Origin: an uncultured Planctomycetota bacterium
GTDB taxonomy: Bacteria > Planctomycetota > Planctomycetia > Gemmatales > Gemmataceae
Length of the DNA stretch: 64,000 bases
Direction: 5' to 3'
NCBI GenBank assembly: GCA_963849325.1
Contig: CAWKHF010000002.1
Location: forward strand, 800,001 to 864,000
Part shown: positions 1 to 9,657 of the stretch, in pieces
Layout: the number at the start of each line of letters is the position of its first letter
Numbering within the stretch: position 1 is the first letter of the stretch
The notes under the pieces: model-generated
What the model was told of the DNA's origin: nothing
The model's database searches: none
Seen by the model: the letters and a program-made list of their open reading frames with translations, nothing else
Program-made: the position numbers and the translations under genes

Positions 1-215
1 TAGAGCTGATAGCGTTGGCGGGCCGAATCGTAGGAATGCGGCACGCGCGCGGCCCGAGCGCCAAATTCGGCGGCGACGAACGCCCAGTCCATCCGCGTCG
101 CGCGCTTCACGGATACCTCGGGTAGAAAACCGCGCTCGGTCCCGTCGGCCGCCACGGCCGGCGTCAGCGCCGCGGCCAGCCACGCCAGGACGTGTACCGC
201 TCCCCGGCCGTTCAT
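1..215 (-). CDS. N-terminal part of a secreted protein (runs off the window edge), possibly hydrolase/esterase-like
   Basis: AGGAGG RBS, then ATG at 215. Reads MNGRGAVHVLAWLAAALTPAVAADGTERGFLPEVSVKRATRMDWAF...YDSARQRYQL with a signal-peptide-like N-terminus and is open to position 1. Confidence 0.6.
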   Translation of the reverse strand, partial: MNGRGAVHVLAWLAAALTPAVAADGTERGFLPEVSVKRATRMDWAFVAAEFGARAARVPHSYDSARQRYQL

Positions 216-407
216 CGTCGCGCCTCCTGTTTACCTCTCTTACTTCATTTACCCCAAACCCCCAAATCACGAAGTCACAACGAAAGGGGTTCCGAAACCC
301 CACTTCCAGATATACCATGAGAGAAGTGAGCGCCCCCCATGCGGAGCGCCGAAGATGGCTCCGTAGGTGGCTCCCGGGCATCGGTTCCTGCGGTACGGGG
401 CGTCGGC

Positions 408-779
408 ATGGATAGTCTACGCGAATTGCTGGAAGCCGTCCGGGAGCGGGACCTGGCTCGGGGCCACTTCCAGGGTTTGCTGCACCTGCTCGTGGGTCGC
501 CGCATTACCCGCGCGGACGGCACGATCGTCTCTTCCGGGATGACCTGGCGCGACCTGGCCACCCTGCTCAAACGCCTGCGCTGGGACGTGGACTGCGTGG
601 ACGAGCTGGGACTCCATCCCACCCAGCTGCCGCCGCGCGACCGGCAACGTTTCTGGTACATGGCCATCTCCCGCGGCAGCATCGATTCGCCCGACGCCAG
701 CGCCGCCGCCGACCGCCTCGTTGAACCGCTCCGCAAACTCGGCTTCGTCGTCGGCCCCGCGCCCAGCACCAAACAGTAG
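408..779 (+). CDS. hypothetical protein
   Basis: ORF 339..779 with likely ATG at 408 (MDSLRELLEAVRERDLARGHF...); GC3-biased codons. Confidence 0.7.
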   Translation: MDSLRELLEAVRERDLARGHFQGLLHLLVGRRITRADGTIVSSGMTWRDLATLLKRLRWDVDCVDELGLHPTQLPPRDRQRFWYMAISRGSIDSPDASAAADRLVEPLRKLGFVVGPAPSTKQ

Positions 780-886
780 TTCTGAGTTCTGAGTTCTGAG
801 TTCAAGAAGCCGGTATCCGCTCGCCGAGATCCCTCCTCCCTGGCTATTGCTCTTCACTCAGAACTCAGAACTCAGAACTCAGAACT
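778..886. repeat. inverted heptamer tandem arrays (AGTTCTG)n ... (CAGAACT)n
   Basis: 778-803 agttctgagttctgagttctgagttc and 856-886 actcagaactcagaactcagaactcagaact are reverse complements around a ~50-bp spacer. Confidence 0.9.
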
Positions 887-984
887 ATTGACCGTATCTC
901 CCTCGCCTCCTATCATCACGAAATCAGCGAGGGCCAACGGGTTGAGCACGGTTCGACCGTGGGCTGGCAGTGGAGACACCAGCT

Positions 985-1633
985 ATGAAGGCGGAACATC
1001 GCAAGGAATTGATGACCAATTCGCTCGCTCATCGACTGGGCGAGGCGTTTCAGGGCATGAAGGAAGGACCGTCGCGCGGCACCATCCTCGCCCTGGTCGC
1101 CGTCGGCCTGATCGTGATCCTGGTCCTCACCTGGCGTTATTTTTCCAGCAGCGCCGAGGAGTCCGAGTCGGCGCGCTGGCTGAAGTGGGACAGCCTTTCG
1201 TCGCCGGAGCAGTTGAAGAGCTTCGCCGAGGACCGCGATGTACAGGGGCACATGCCCGGCCGGCTCGCTCGCCTGGAGGAAGCCCGCCGCTCTCTGCACG
1301 ACGGTCTGCGCGACGTCGGTCCCTCCGGCACGCGCAAGCAAGGGATCGAGAACATCAAGAGGGCCGCGGAGCTGTACGATAAGCTCGTGGACGAGTGCGG
1401 CGACAAGCCGGTGCTGCACCAGCAGGTGCTGATGGGCGCGGCCAAGGCCCACGAAAGCCTCGGCGAATACGACCAGGCCCGTAAGTATTACCAGCAGCTC
1501 TCCCAGAAGTACGCCCGCTCGCACCTGGGCAAAGAGGCCGACGAGCAGCTCGAAGCGCCTGGACGCCGGAGAGGAGAACGGCGACCTGAAAGCGCTCCGC
1601 GAGGAGTACGCTTCCCGAGCGACCACGCCCTAG
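985..1633 (+). CDS. membrane-anchored TPR-like protein (YfgM-like), one frameshift near 1552
   Basis: MKAEHRKELMTNSLA, one TM helix, TPR-like AKAHESLGEYDQARKYYQQL. The natural end RLDAGEENGDLKALREEYASRATTP* (TAG 1631-1633) is in another frame. Confidence 0.7.
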
Positions 1634-1671
1634 TCCTTTATCTCCGCTCGCTGACGCTCGCGGCTCTAACG

Positions 1672-2679
1672 ATGGACACCTCGATCCCGACTCCCGCCGA
1701 CGACCGCGTGGTCGAGTTGGTCGCCAAGTGCCGCGACAATCTTCGCCTGGACCAGTATTTGACCGGCCTGTTCTCCGACTTCAGCCGGTCGGTCGTGCAG
1801 CGCGTCATCGATGCCGGCGGCGTGCGGGTCAACGGCAAACCGTCCAAGGCCAGCTACCGCGTGCGTCACGGCGACCACATCCGCATCGAGAAACCGGAGC
1901 CGACCCACCCGACGCCCATCCCCGAAGACATCCCGCTCGACATCCTCTATGAGGACGAGTATCTCGCGGCCGTCAACAAGCCGGCCGACATGGTCGTTCA
2001 CCCCGCCAAGGGCCATTGGTCCGGCACGCTGGTCAACGCCCTGCGCTTCCACTTCGGACAACTCAGCGAGGTCAACGGCGATTACCGCGCCGGCATCGTC
2101 CACCGCCTCGACCGCGATACCAGCGGCGTCATCCTCATCGCCAAGGAGGAGCAGACGCACCGCGACCTCAGCCTGATGTTCGAGCAGCGCAAGATTTTCA
2201 AGGAATACGTGGCCCTGACGGCCGGCGTGCTCGACCGCGACAGCGATTACATCGAGGGCCGCATCGCCCACCATCCGCACGACCGCGTCAAGATGACGGT
2301 TAGCGACGACGAGGACGACGACGGCAAGGACGCCGTGAGTTATTATGAAGTGATCGAGCGTTTCCGCGGCTTCAGCTATTGCCGCATCCAGCCGCGCACC
2401 GGACGGACGCACCAGATCCGCGTTCACCTGGCGAGCATCGGCTGTCCGGTGCTGGCCGATAAGATTTACAGCGGCCGCGATCGTCTGCACCTGTCCGACC
2501 TCGTGCCCGGTCTGGAGAGCGCGCGGGAGGAATTGTTGCTGGAGCGTCAGGCGCTGCATGCGTATCGTCTGCGTCTGCATCATCCGCGGCGGCGAACGAT
2601 CCTGGAGTTGGAGGCACCGCTGCCGCCGGAGTTTCAACGGACCCTGGCCGCTTTGCGTCAGTATCGTACGCGCGGCTAA
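1672..2679 (+). CDS. rluD: RluA-family pseudouridine synthase with S4 domain (RluD-like)
   Basis: RLDQYL...SRSVVQR S4 domain, VNKPADMVVHP, GIVHRLDRDTSG catalytic motif, TGRTHQIRVHL, RQALHA. Confidence 0.9.
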   Translation: MDTSIPTPADDRVVELVAKCRDNLRLDQYLTGLFSDFSRSVVQRVIDAGGVRVNGKPSKASYRVRHGDHIRIEKPEPTHPTPIPEDIPLDILYEDEYLAAVNKPADMVVHPAKGHWSGTLVNALRFHFGQLSEVNGDYRAGIVHRLDRDTSGVILIAKEEQTHRDLSLMFEQRKIFKEYVALTAGVLDRDSDYIEGRIAHHPHDRVKMTVSDDEDDDGKDAVSYYEVIERFRGFSYCRIQPRTGRTHQIRVHLASIGCPVLADKIYSGRDRLHLSDLVPGLESAREELLLERQALHAYRLRLHHPRRRTILELEAPLPPEFQRTLAALRQYRTRG

Positions 2680-2696
2680 GAGATACAGCGAGGAGT

Positions 2697-3164
2697 TTGA
2701 TAATGGATCGAGGATTGGACTGCCGGAGATGGCTCAGGTTCGCGCTGGCCGCTTGGGTATCGATCGCCCTGGTCGTTGGATGTCAGAAGGACCGGGGCAC
2801 TCCCGCTGCGATGCAGCTGAGCAAACGGTATCAAGCGTTGAAGAATGCCGGCGATTCAGCGGCCGACGCGCTGCTCGTCCCGATGCCGACGGTGCCGGCG
2901 AAGCCCGTCTCGCCGGAGGAAGCCGAGCGTATCCAGACGGAATGCTTTCTGCACCAGGACATCCGCATCCTGTCCATCCGGGCCGACTCGCCGCATCGCC
3001 TCGTCCTGACCACCAAAGGCAACGTCTCCGCCCCGACGCTCCAGGTCCAGACCGCCAAGGGCGTCGATCGCGTGCAGCGCACGATGGCGAATCCCGATCT
3101 GATTGTCGAGGTCCGCGGCGGCCGAATCCACGGTGTCCGGGCCGAGATGCACTCGGGACGATGA
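2697..3164 (+). CDS. putative lipoprotein
   Basis: Signal-like N-terminus ending in lipobox-like LVVGC; ORF lies between rluD and an intergenic palindrome. Confidence 0.55.
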   Translation: MIMDRGLDCRRWLRFALAAWVSIALVVGCQKDRGTPAAMQLSKRYQALKNAGDSAADALLVPMPTVPAKPVSPEEAERIQTECFLHQDIRILSIRADSPHRLVLTTKGNVSAPTLQVQTAKGVDRVQRTMANPDLIVEVRGGRIHGVRAEMHSGR

Positions 3165-3165
3165 C

Positions 3166-3210
3166 GCCGCTTGCGGCTTAGCGTTCTGCCGGCGCTAAGC
3201 CGCAAGCGGC
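3166..3210. repeat. REP-like palindrome between convergent genes
   Basis: GCCGCTTGCGGCTTAGCG / CGCTAAGCCGCAAGCGGC, perfect 18-bp arms. Confidence 0.85.
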
Positions 3211-3220
3211 TCGAAGCCCC

Positions 3221-4253
3221 TCACTTGCCGACGACGATCTTCGAGCGCTGCCGCGCTTCACCGATGATGCTGTCGTGCAAGCGCGTGCAATAGTGCTCCT
3301 TGACCATCTCCTTGACGTTGTCAAAGGTCACGTCGCGGCCGGGCTTGCGATCCGTCACCAGGATGAGGTGATAGCCGAACGGCGTCTTGACCGGCTCGGA
3401 CATCTCGAACGGCTTCAGGGCGAACGCGGCGCGCGCGAACGGCTCGACCATGAAGCCGACGCCCTGGAACCAATCGACGTCGCCGCCCTTCTCCTTGGTG
3501 GGACACGCCGATTTCTCCTTGGCCTGGGCGGCAAACGCCTCGTCGATCAGCGCCTGCCGCTTCTTCTCGCGCGTCAGGTTGTCCGTGTCCGCCGGCAGTT
3601 TGGCCAACCCCTCGGCCGCCTGCTTTTCGATCTGCTGCTTGATGGCCAGCAGCTGGGCCACGACCTGCTCGCCGGCCTTGGGATCGTCGCCGGCCGGCGC
3701 GATCAGGATGTGACGGGCGCGCACCTGGCTGCCGTCAAATAGATACTTTTGCGAGTCGAAGAGTTCCTTGAGCACCTTGTCGGTCGGCGCGCTCCTCGGC
3801 GAACTTGCTCCAGCGCATCTCCGCGGCGATCTGCTCGTTCAGCTCGGCCTCGGTCAGCCGCAGTTCCGCCAGCATCTTGGCGAAGTCCTGGTTGCGCTTC
3901 TGCAACTCGGCCTTCATTTCCGCGACGGACTTCTCGACCTCCTTGGGATCGACGGCGACGTGCAGTTGCAACAGGTACTGGTCGAGGAGGGCCAAGTCGA
4001 TCAGGTAATGGAGGACTTGCGGCCGGGCCTCGGTGTGCTTCTGGGGCGGCACGCGGTGCAGTCCGCGCTGCACGGCGGATTCGAGGATGGGCTGTCCGTT
4101 GACGGTGGCGGCGACGGCATTGGGGGCCGCGGCCGGAGCGGTCGGCGCCGGCGGCGGGGCCGACGGGGCTGGCGGGGGTGTCTGGGCCAGCGCCGGCAAG
4201 CACGACAGCGTCAAACCAAGGACCGCCCAGCCGGGGCGTTGCATGGCACGCAT
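3221..4253 (-). CDS. parvulin-type peptidyl-prolyl isomerase (SurA/PrsA-like), frameshift near 3780
   Basis: Signal peptide plus SurA N-domain ([10 protein letters not shown]) in ORF 3735..4328; rotamase motifs [35 protein letters not shown] in ORF 3221..3775. Confidence 0.9.
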
Positions 4254-4281
4254 GTTTTTCTCCTCGACGAAAGTGTAGGCG

Positions 4282-4319
4282 ACTCGCTCCGCGAGTCGAT
4301 CCGCACTCGCGGAGCGAGT
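4282..4319. repeat. REP-like palindrome
   Basis: ACTCGCTCCGCGAGT / ACTCGCGGAGCGAGT perfect inverted arms. Confidence 0.75.
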
Positions 4320-4368
4320 GCATCCCAAGGCGGCGGATTGTAGCGACCCGCCCTCCAGCGCCGAGACG

Positions 4369-4410
4369 AAAAAAACAGCCGCCGGACCCTCTCGTGGAGG
4401 GCCCGGCGGC
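4369..4410 (-). terminator. intrinsic terminator
   Basis: GC hairpin 4378-4410 followed on the minus strand by TGTTTTTTT, just downstream of the 4437..4802 gene. Confidence 0.75.
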
Positions 4411-4436
4411 CGACGGAAGACGGAGGAACGCCGACG

Positions 4437-4802
4437 TTACGGATAGAGGTAGTTGTAGCGTACGACCGCTGGGGCCGGCGCGTAGTAATTGCTGACCCTG
4501 CGGAGACGGCCGAAGGGGCCGTAGCGATAGGTCGTCACGGCCGCCGCCGGGGCGTAGTAGGAAGCGTAGACCGGCGCGGGGGCGGCGTAGTACGAAGTCA
4601 CCACGGGGGCCGGCGCGTAATACGACGTCACCACCGGGGCGGGCGCGGCATAGTAGGACGTAACGGCAGGCGGCGGCGCGTAGTACGTCGTCACCGGGAC
4701 AGGTTGATAACAGACCGCCTGAGCGTGGACCGCGCCGGCGCTCGCCGAGAGCAGGACCAGCGCCGCGACCATTGCGGCCAGCCATCGAGACTTGCGTACC
4801 AT
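4437..4802 (-). CDS. small secreted Tyr/Ala/Pro-repeat protein
   Basis: AGGAG RBS, signal peptide ending AVHA, about 6 repeats of (V)VTSYYA(A)PAP. Confidence 0.8.
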   Translation of the reverse strand: MVRKSRWLAAMVAALVLLSASAGAVHAQAVCYQPVPVTTYYAPPPAVTSYYAAPAPVVTSYYAPAPVVTSYYAAPAPVYASYYAPAAAVTTYRYGPFGRLRRVSNYYAPAPAVVRYNYLYP

Positions 4803-5000
4803 GGCTCCTTCTCCTGTTGCAAGGGTCCGCGCCGGGTCTTCCGTAACTATACGCAGTTCGATACGTCCGGGGTAGTCCTCACGACCGGATCGTTCCTTTC
4901 CTCCGTCTCCGCACCATCCCCTCCTCGGCTCCTTGTCGGTCTGCCTACAATAAGGTAGCGGCCCAGCTCATCGATCCTCCTCGAAACGGACAGATTCCCC

Positions 5001-6013
5001 ATGACGTTCTGGCAGCATTTCCTCAGCAACAGCGGCGGTCCCGTGGAGGGCCATCCTCCGCCCGAACCGGACCCGCGCGAACTCGAAGCGCTCGACGCCT
5101 ATTCCAACGTGGTGGTGCGCGTGGCCGAGATGCTGCGCCCCGCCGTGGTCAACCTGCGCAGCGGCCGCGGCCGCCGCGAGGGTTCCGGCTCCGGCATCCT
5201 GTTCACGCCGGACGGCTTTCTGCTGACCAATCATCACGTCGTCCAGGGCAGCGAGCGCGTGCGCGTGCGGCTGGGCGATGGCCGCGAGATCGGCGGCCGC
5301 GTCGTCGGCGCCGACCCGTGGACCGACCTGGCCGTGGTGCAGGCCGAGGAGAGCAATCTGCCGCACGCGCGTACTCGGCGATTCGTCGCGCCTGCGCGTC
5401 GGCCAGCTGGTCGTCGCCATCGGCAGCCCGCTCGGCTTCGAGTCCACCGTGACGGCCGGCGTCATCAGCGCCCTGGGCCGAACGCTGCGCAGCATCACCG
5501 GACACCTGGTCGATAACGTGATCCAGACCGATGCCGCCCTCAACCCCGGCAACAGCGGCGGCCCGCTGGTCGATAGCCGCGGCCAGGTCATCGGCATCAA
5601 CACCGCCATCATCCGGCCGGCCCAGGGGATATGCTTCGCCATCCCGATCAACATGGCCAAGCACATCCTGCCGCAGCTGCTGCAAGCATGGCCGGGTGGT
5701 GCGCGGCTATCTCGGTCTGCACGCTCGCAACGTGCCGCTCCCGCGCGGCCTGGCGGCTCGCTTCGAGTTGACACAGACAGGGGCGGTGGAAGTGATGGGC
5801 ATCGAGCCGGGCGGCCCGGCCGACCAGGCCGGCATTCTGGAGGAGGACCTCCTCGTCTCCCTGGGCGAGCAGCCGACGACCAGCGTGGACGACCTGCACA
5901 AGCTGCTGACCCAGCTGCCGATCGACGTGCCGGCGCCGGTCACGCTGCTGCGCCGCGATCGCCGATTGACCCGGCTCGTGTTGCCGACGGATTACCCCTC
6001 TTTCGGAGCCTGA
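5001..6013 (+). CDS. HtrA/S1C trypsin-like serine protease with PDZ, frameshifts near 5370 and 5686
   Basis: [35 protein letters not shown], then PDZ (GYLGL...GPADQAGI), spread over three ORFs. Confidence 0.9.
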
Positions 6014-6053
6014 AGCGTAAGCGAAGAGATTGCTTCGCTTACGCTTCAGGCTC
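6006..6053. repeat. REP palindrome family A, copy 1
   Basis: GAGCCTGAAGCGTAAGCGAAG / CTTCGCTTACGCTTCAGGCTC; same element at 37385 and 56394. Confidence 0.9.
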
Positions 6054-6899
6054 GGAGAAATGGGCCGACCAGACGCCGTACAGTTGTGCCAGCTGCGCGG
6101 GACGGAGGTCGATTCCCAAATAGGGCGTGAAATCCGCTTCTTTTCGGCCGATCTCGAAGTCGGCGACGTAGCGCTCGATGGCTCGGCGCGGGCAATTCGT
6201 CCGCCGCTGGATGTCGTCGAAGCTGTCTCCGCGCACGTGCAGGGCCAGCACGACGTGGAGCTTGCCCTTCTTCGTCCGCCGCGGCTCACTCAGGTAACGG
6301 TATGGCCGCATGACGAAGCGCGTGGACTCGGTTGGCGATCCGCCTTTCTTCAGCAGCAGCCCTACCCGCGCCGAGCGGACCAGCGGTCGATCTTCGATCG
6401 TGTCCATTTGCCGTAACAGGAGGGGATTGCTCTCATCCCAGGCGAGGCGGCCGGCGATGGCCCGGTCCAGTGCGGAGACACTTGCGGCCCCTGTCGCGTC
6501 GAGCAGGTGATCGACGCACAGCGACGGCCCATCAATCAGCGTCCCTTCCGGCGTCTCCAGGCCGCGAAAGAGGATGCCGCCGGAGGTGGTACGGTCGCCG
6601 AAGGTCAGGTCCAGTCCCTTGAAACTGCCGCCGCGAAACGTCCCGCGCGTGCGGTGGAAGTACCAGTGACCGATGTGGAACTGGATCGGGTCGCGGTGCG
6701 TGAAGGGATCGGGGTGCGTCTGCGACCAGTAGTAAAACTCGATCTCGACAAGGCGATGGGCCTGCCGGCCGACCACCAGGCGCGAGCCGTTGAGGAGCCG
6801 CTGCGCGATGCGAGTGAACCAATTATCGAGGGTTTCCGGCGTGCTCCGAGGATCGGATTGGCGCAGCAGCGTGAGCCAGTCGGACATGCAGCGTCTCAC
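6039..6899 (-). CDS. hypothetical protein, distant Mpg (3-methyladenine DNA glycosylase)-like, with a C-terminal HTH-like segment
   Basis: Motif order [38 protein letters not shown] parallels Mpg/AAG motifs. Confidence 0.6.
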   Translation of the reverse strand: MRRCMSDWLTLLRQSDPRSTPETLDNWFTRIAQRLLNGSRLVVGRQAHRLVEIEFYYWSQTHPDPFTHRDPIQFHIGHWYFHRTRGTFRGGSFKGLDLTFGDRTTSGGILFRGLETPEGTLIDGPSLCVDHLLDATGAASVSALDRAIAGRLAWDESNPLLLRQMDTIEDRPLVRSARVGLLLKKGGSPTESTRFVMRPYRYLSEPRRTKKGKLHVVLALHVRGDSFDDIQRRTNCPRRAIERYVADFEIGRKEADFTPYLGIDLRPAQLAQLYGVWSAHFSEPEA

Positions 6900-7957
6900 T
6901 TTGCCGGCGCGAGTTCCCCCGACTTGAGTTTCTTCAGTAGCGGCTTGACGACCTCGGCCGGGATGGCGTAGGTCTCGGTACGGCCGGCCCGCGCGATGTT
7001 GATGCCGATGACCTTGCCGTCGAGATCCACGAGCGGCCCGCCACAGTCGGAAGGACGCAGGACCGTATCGTGCTGCAGGATTTCGGGAAAGCCGGTGCGG
7101 CGGTCGCTGAGCTTGCCGCCCATCTGGTTCTGAAAATCGGAGCGATCCATCGGCCGCCTGTCGAGCTTCGGTTTCAGCTCCAGCTCCTCCTCATCGCGCT
7201 TGACGCGCACGGTAATCACTTGCTTGGGGCGCGTCTTGGCCAGGGCCTTGAACAGCGCATCGGGGTCGGCGATGGGCTTGTCGGAGACGGCGACAATGAT
7301 GTCGTCGGCCTCGAAGCCGGCCTTGGCGGCGGCGCTCTTGGGAATCACCTCGGCGACCTTGACGCCGTTCTTGACCGGGGCGACGCGAATGCCGAGAAAG
7401 CCGCCGCTACTGCTGCGCCGGCTCAGTTCCATGCCGCTGATCTTTCGGGCCGCCACGCTGAGGACGCCGACCGCCACGGGGACGTCGCTGACGCCCGGCG
7501 TCGCCAGCCAATTGCCGACCGCCTCGTGGGTGCTGTCGCGCCACACGACCGGCGGCAAATCCGTGACGTCGATCTTGAGCATGGCCAGGTCATAAGGTTC
7601 CGATAGGCCGACAAGGCGAGCCGACCGTTCGCGGCCGTCGCGCAGCCGGCATACGATGTCGCCTTTCAGTTCGCTGGCCTTGGTCACAATCCAGCCGTCC
7701 GCGCCGACGACGGCGCCGAGGGCCGCGTCCTGGTTATCGCAGCGGAAGCGAACCGTGCTGCGCGAGGGTCCGGCGACCGAGGCGCGGAAGGCGGCCAGAA
7801 ACTCCGGACTGGTGTTGAGGGCAACGTCGCTGCTGTCGCGGTCGCGCCGGCCGCGCTGAGCGTAGGCCGGCGCCGGCCCGCACAAACTCACGCCGAGGAC
7901 GAGGATCGCAAGCGCCTGAATCATCAGGCGAACACCAGGTTTTCGCAGATGGATCAT
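6896..7957 (-). CDS. exported S1C-like protease homologue with an internal PDZ domain and non-canonical catalytic residues
   Basis: Signal peptide, GWIVTKASE, YDLAML, PDZ (GFLGI...SAAAKAG), then LQHDTVLRPSDCGGPLVDLDGKVIGINIAR. Confidence 0.85.
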   Translation of the reverse strand: MIHLRKPGVRLMIQALAILVLGVSLCGPAPAYAQRGRRDRDSSDVALNTSPEFLAAFRASVAGPSRSTVRFRCDNQDAALGAVVGADGWIVTKASELKGDIVCRLRDGRERSARLVGLSEPYDLAMLKIDVTDLPPVVWRDSTHEAVGNWLATPGVSDVPVAVGVLSVAARKISGMELSRRSSSGGFLGIRVAPVKNGVKVAEVIPKSAAAKAGFEADDIIVAVSDKPIADPDALFKALAKTRPKQVITVRVKRDEEELELKPKLDRRPMDRSDFQNQMGGKLSDRRTGFPEILQHDTVLRPSDCGGPLVDLDGKVIGINIARAGRTETYAIPAEVVKPLLKKLKSGELAPAK

Positions 7958-8001
7958 GGTTGAGGAACTCCGCGTGACACTCCTCGCTTGCCCTCATCAG
8001 G

Positions 8002-9000
8002 TCAGGCAGTGCGTTTGCCGACGACCACCTTGAGGTTGAGGACTTCTTTGCCGCGCCGCACTTCCAGGGGCACTTCGTCGCCCGGCTTGTGCTTGCGTAT
8101 CAGCGTGAGCAGGTCTTCCAGGTCGGCGACCTTCTTCTTGTCGAAGCGGACCACGACGTCGTCGGGCCGAAGTCCGGCCTTGGCCGCGGGCGAGTCTTTT
8201 TCGACCTCGGCGATGCGGCACTCCTTGGCGTCGGCGTTGAGGACGACGCCGATGTACGGCTCATTGCTGCGGCCGCCCCACACCTCGCCCTTGACGAGCC
8301 GGTCCCAGGTATCGCGGTAGGTGTCCGCCGGGACGTGGATGTTGAAGGTGATGCCCTCGCCGATGCGGCTGTGGATGCCGATGACCTTGCCGTCCAGGTC
8401 GAACAGCGGCCCGCCCGAGTCGCCGCCGACCAGCGGACAACTGGTGCGGATCATGCGGCCGCTGCGGTACAGCACCCGGCCCAGACGCACGACAGGCGTC
8501 CGGCCCGGCTTGTATCCGTCCGGGTGGCCCAGGGCGATGCACCACTGTCCCTTCTTGATCTTCGCCGAGTCTCCCATCTCGATGAACGGCCATTCGCCCT
8601 TGTCGGTGATCCGGATCATGCCGCTATCGATGCCCTGGTTGGAGCCGAGCGTTTTGCCCTTGAGTCTGCGGCCGTCGGACAGGATCACCGTCACGGTGCG
8701 ATCCGCTTCGCCGCTGATGTGCCCGGCCGTCAGGATGAGGCCGTCCTCGCTGACAAGGACGCCGCTGCCGGCGGCGTTGCCGATGCGGATGGCGACCGTG
8801 CAGGGCAGCGCCTTGGCCACCACTTTTTTGACCTGGTCCTGGATGACGCGCAGATCCTGGACCGTCTGCGGCACCGGTTTGTCCAGGGCCGGCGGCGCCT
8901 CGGCGCGTACCGGCGTCAGGACGGTCAGGCCGAGCAGCGACGAAAGGAAGAGGTACGTTCGCGGGAGCATGGTTCGGCGAGGATTCATCATGGGTGTCAC
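8002..9000 (-). CDS. exported S1C serine protease with C-terminal PDZ
   Basis: GSGV, LTAGH, DSGM, GGDSGGPL triad motifs; PDZ PYIGV...SPAAKAGL. Confidence 0.9.
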   Translation of the reverse strand: MTPMMNPRRTMLPRTYLFLSSLLGLTVLTPVRAEAPPALDKPVPQTVQDLRVIQDQVKKVVAKALPCTVAIRIGNAAGSGVLVSEDGLILTAGHISGEADRTVTVILSDGRRLKGKTLGSNQGIDSGMIRITDKGEWPFIEMGDSAKIKKGQWCIALGHPDGYKPGRTPVVRLGRVLYRSGRMIRTSCPLVGGDSGGPLFDLDGKVIGIHSRIGEGITFNIHVPADTYRDTWDRLVKGEVWGGRSNEPYIGVVLNADAKECRIAEVEKDSPAAKAGLRPDDVVVRFDKKKVADLEDLLTLIRKHKPGDEVPLEVRRGKEVLNLKVVVGKRTA

Positions 9001-9411
9001 TCGAAATCATCCAGACGCTCTGACGATCCATTGTAGAGCGAACCGAGGGACGAGGTCCACCCTACAATTCCAGTGTAATCCAACGAGGCAAGGCGCTCAA
9101 AAGAAAATCGCCCCTGTTCTGACGATCCGCGCGACAGGGCAACGATCGCTGTTCCGAAGATCGGCAATCGGAATAGCGCGGAGGCGCGGAAGGGTGCAGG
9201 GGTGTAGCGGCAGCCCAATCGGCGACCGGTGGAAATTTCGCTTGATAGAGAATCGTCATGAGCTTGAGATAGCGGTGTTCGGGCGAGCCAGCGCGATCGA
9301 AGAACGAGTTCGGTCCCCGACTCTTGGCTGGGTCGGATTTGGTGACTGCGACCTTCGCCGGGAGTAGGGCGGTCGTCCTCTTACCGGCTCCTGTATGGAA
9401 GGATACAGCGT

Positions 9412-9657
9412 GTGGACGAGAGCTTACCGCTCCATGTCGCCACCCATCCGATAGAATACGTTTACAAGCACTTGGAGAAACATCACGGGATTCCGGCCCA
9501 CGTAGCGAGCAATCGGTTACACAAAATCAAGGACCAGAACGGACTACCTGCGAACTTCAACCTGCTTTTCCACCGAACAGGAAATATCTACCGTGCGGAT
9601 GACAGAACTTATCTCGGCAGCTTGACGCTCGGCGGAAAGACAGAAGGAGAAGGGTGA
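9412..9657 (+). CDS. small protein resembling a polymorphic-toxin C-terminal tip
   Basis: 81 aa, low GC, AAGGA upstream of GTG; LEKHHGI..ASNRLHKIK..TGNIY..LGSLT. Confidence 0.6.
   Translation: MDESLPLHVATHPIEYVYKHLEKHHGIPAHVASNRLHKIKDQNGLPANFNLLFHRTGNIYRADDRTYLGSLTLGGKTEGEG

Noticed and set aside
778-886. CRISPR array
   Set aside because: 7-bp tandem units, no repeat-spacer structure and no cas genes; the same applies to 39089-39153
970-2679. Apparent 569-aa TPR-RluD fusion
   Set aside because: A one-base shift near 1552 bypasses the TPR gene's natural stop (TAG 1631-1633); the linker is non-protein-like and RluD has its own ATG at 1672
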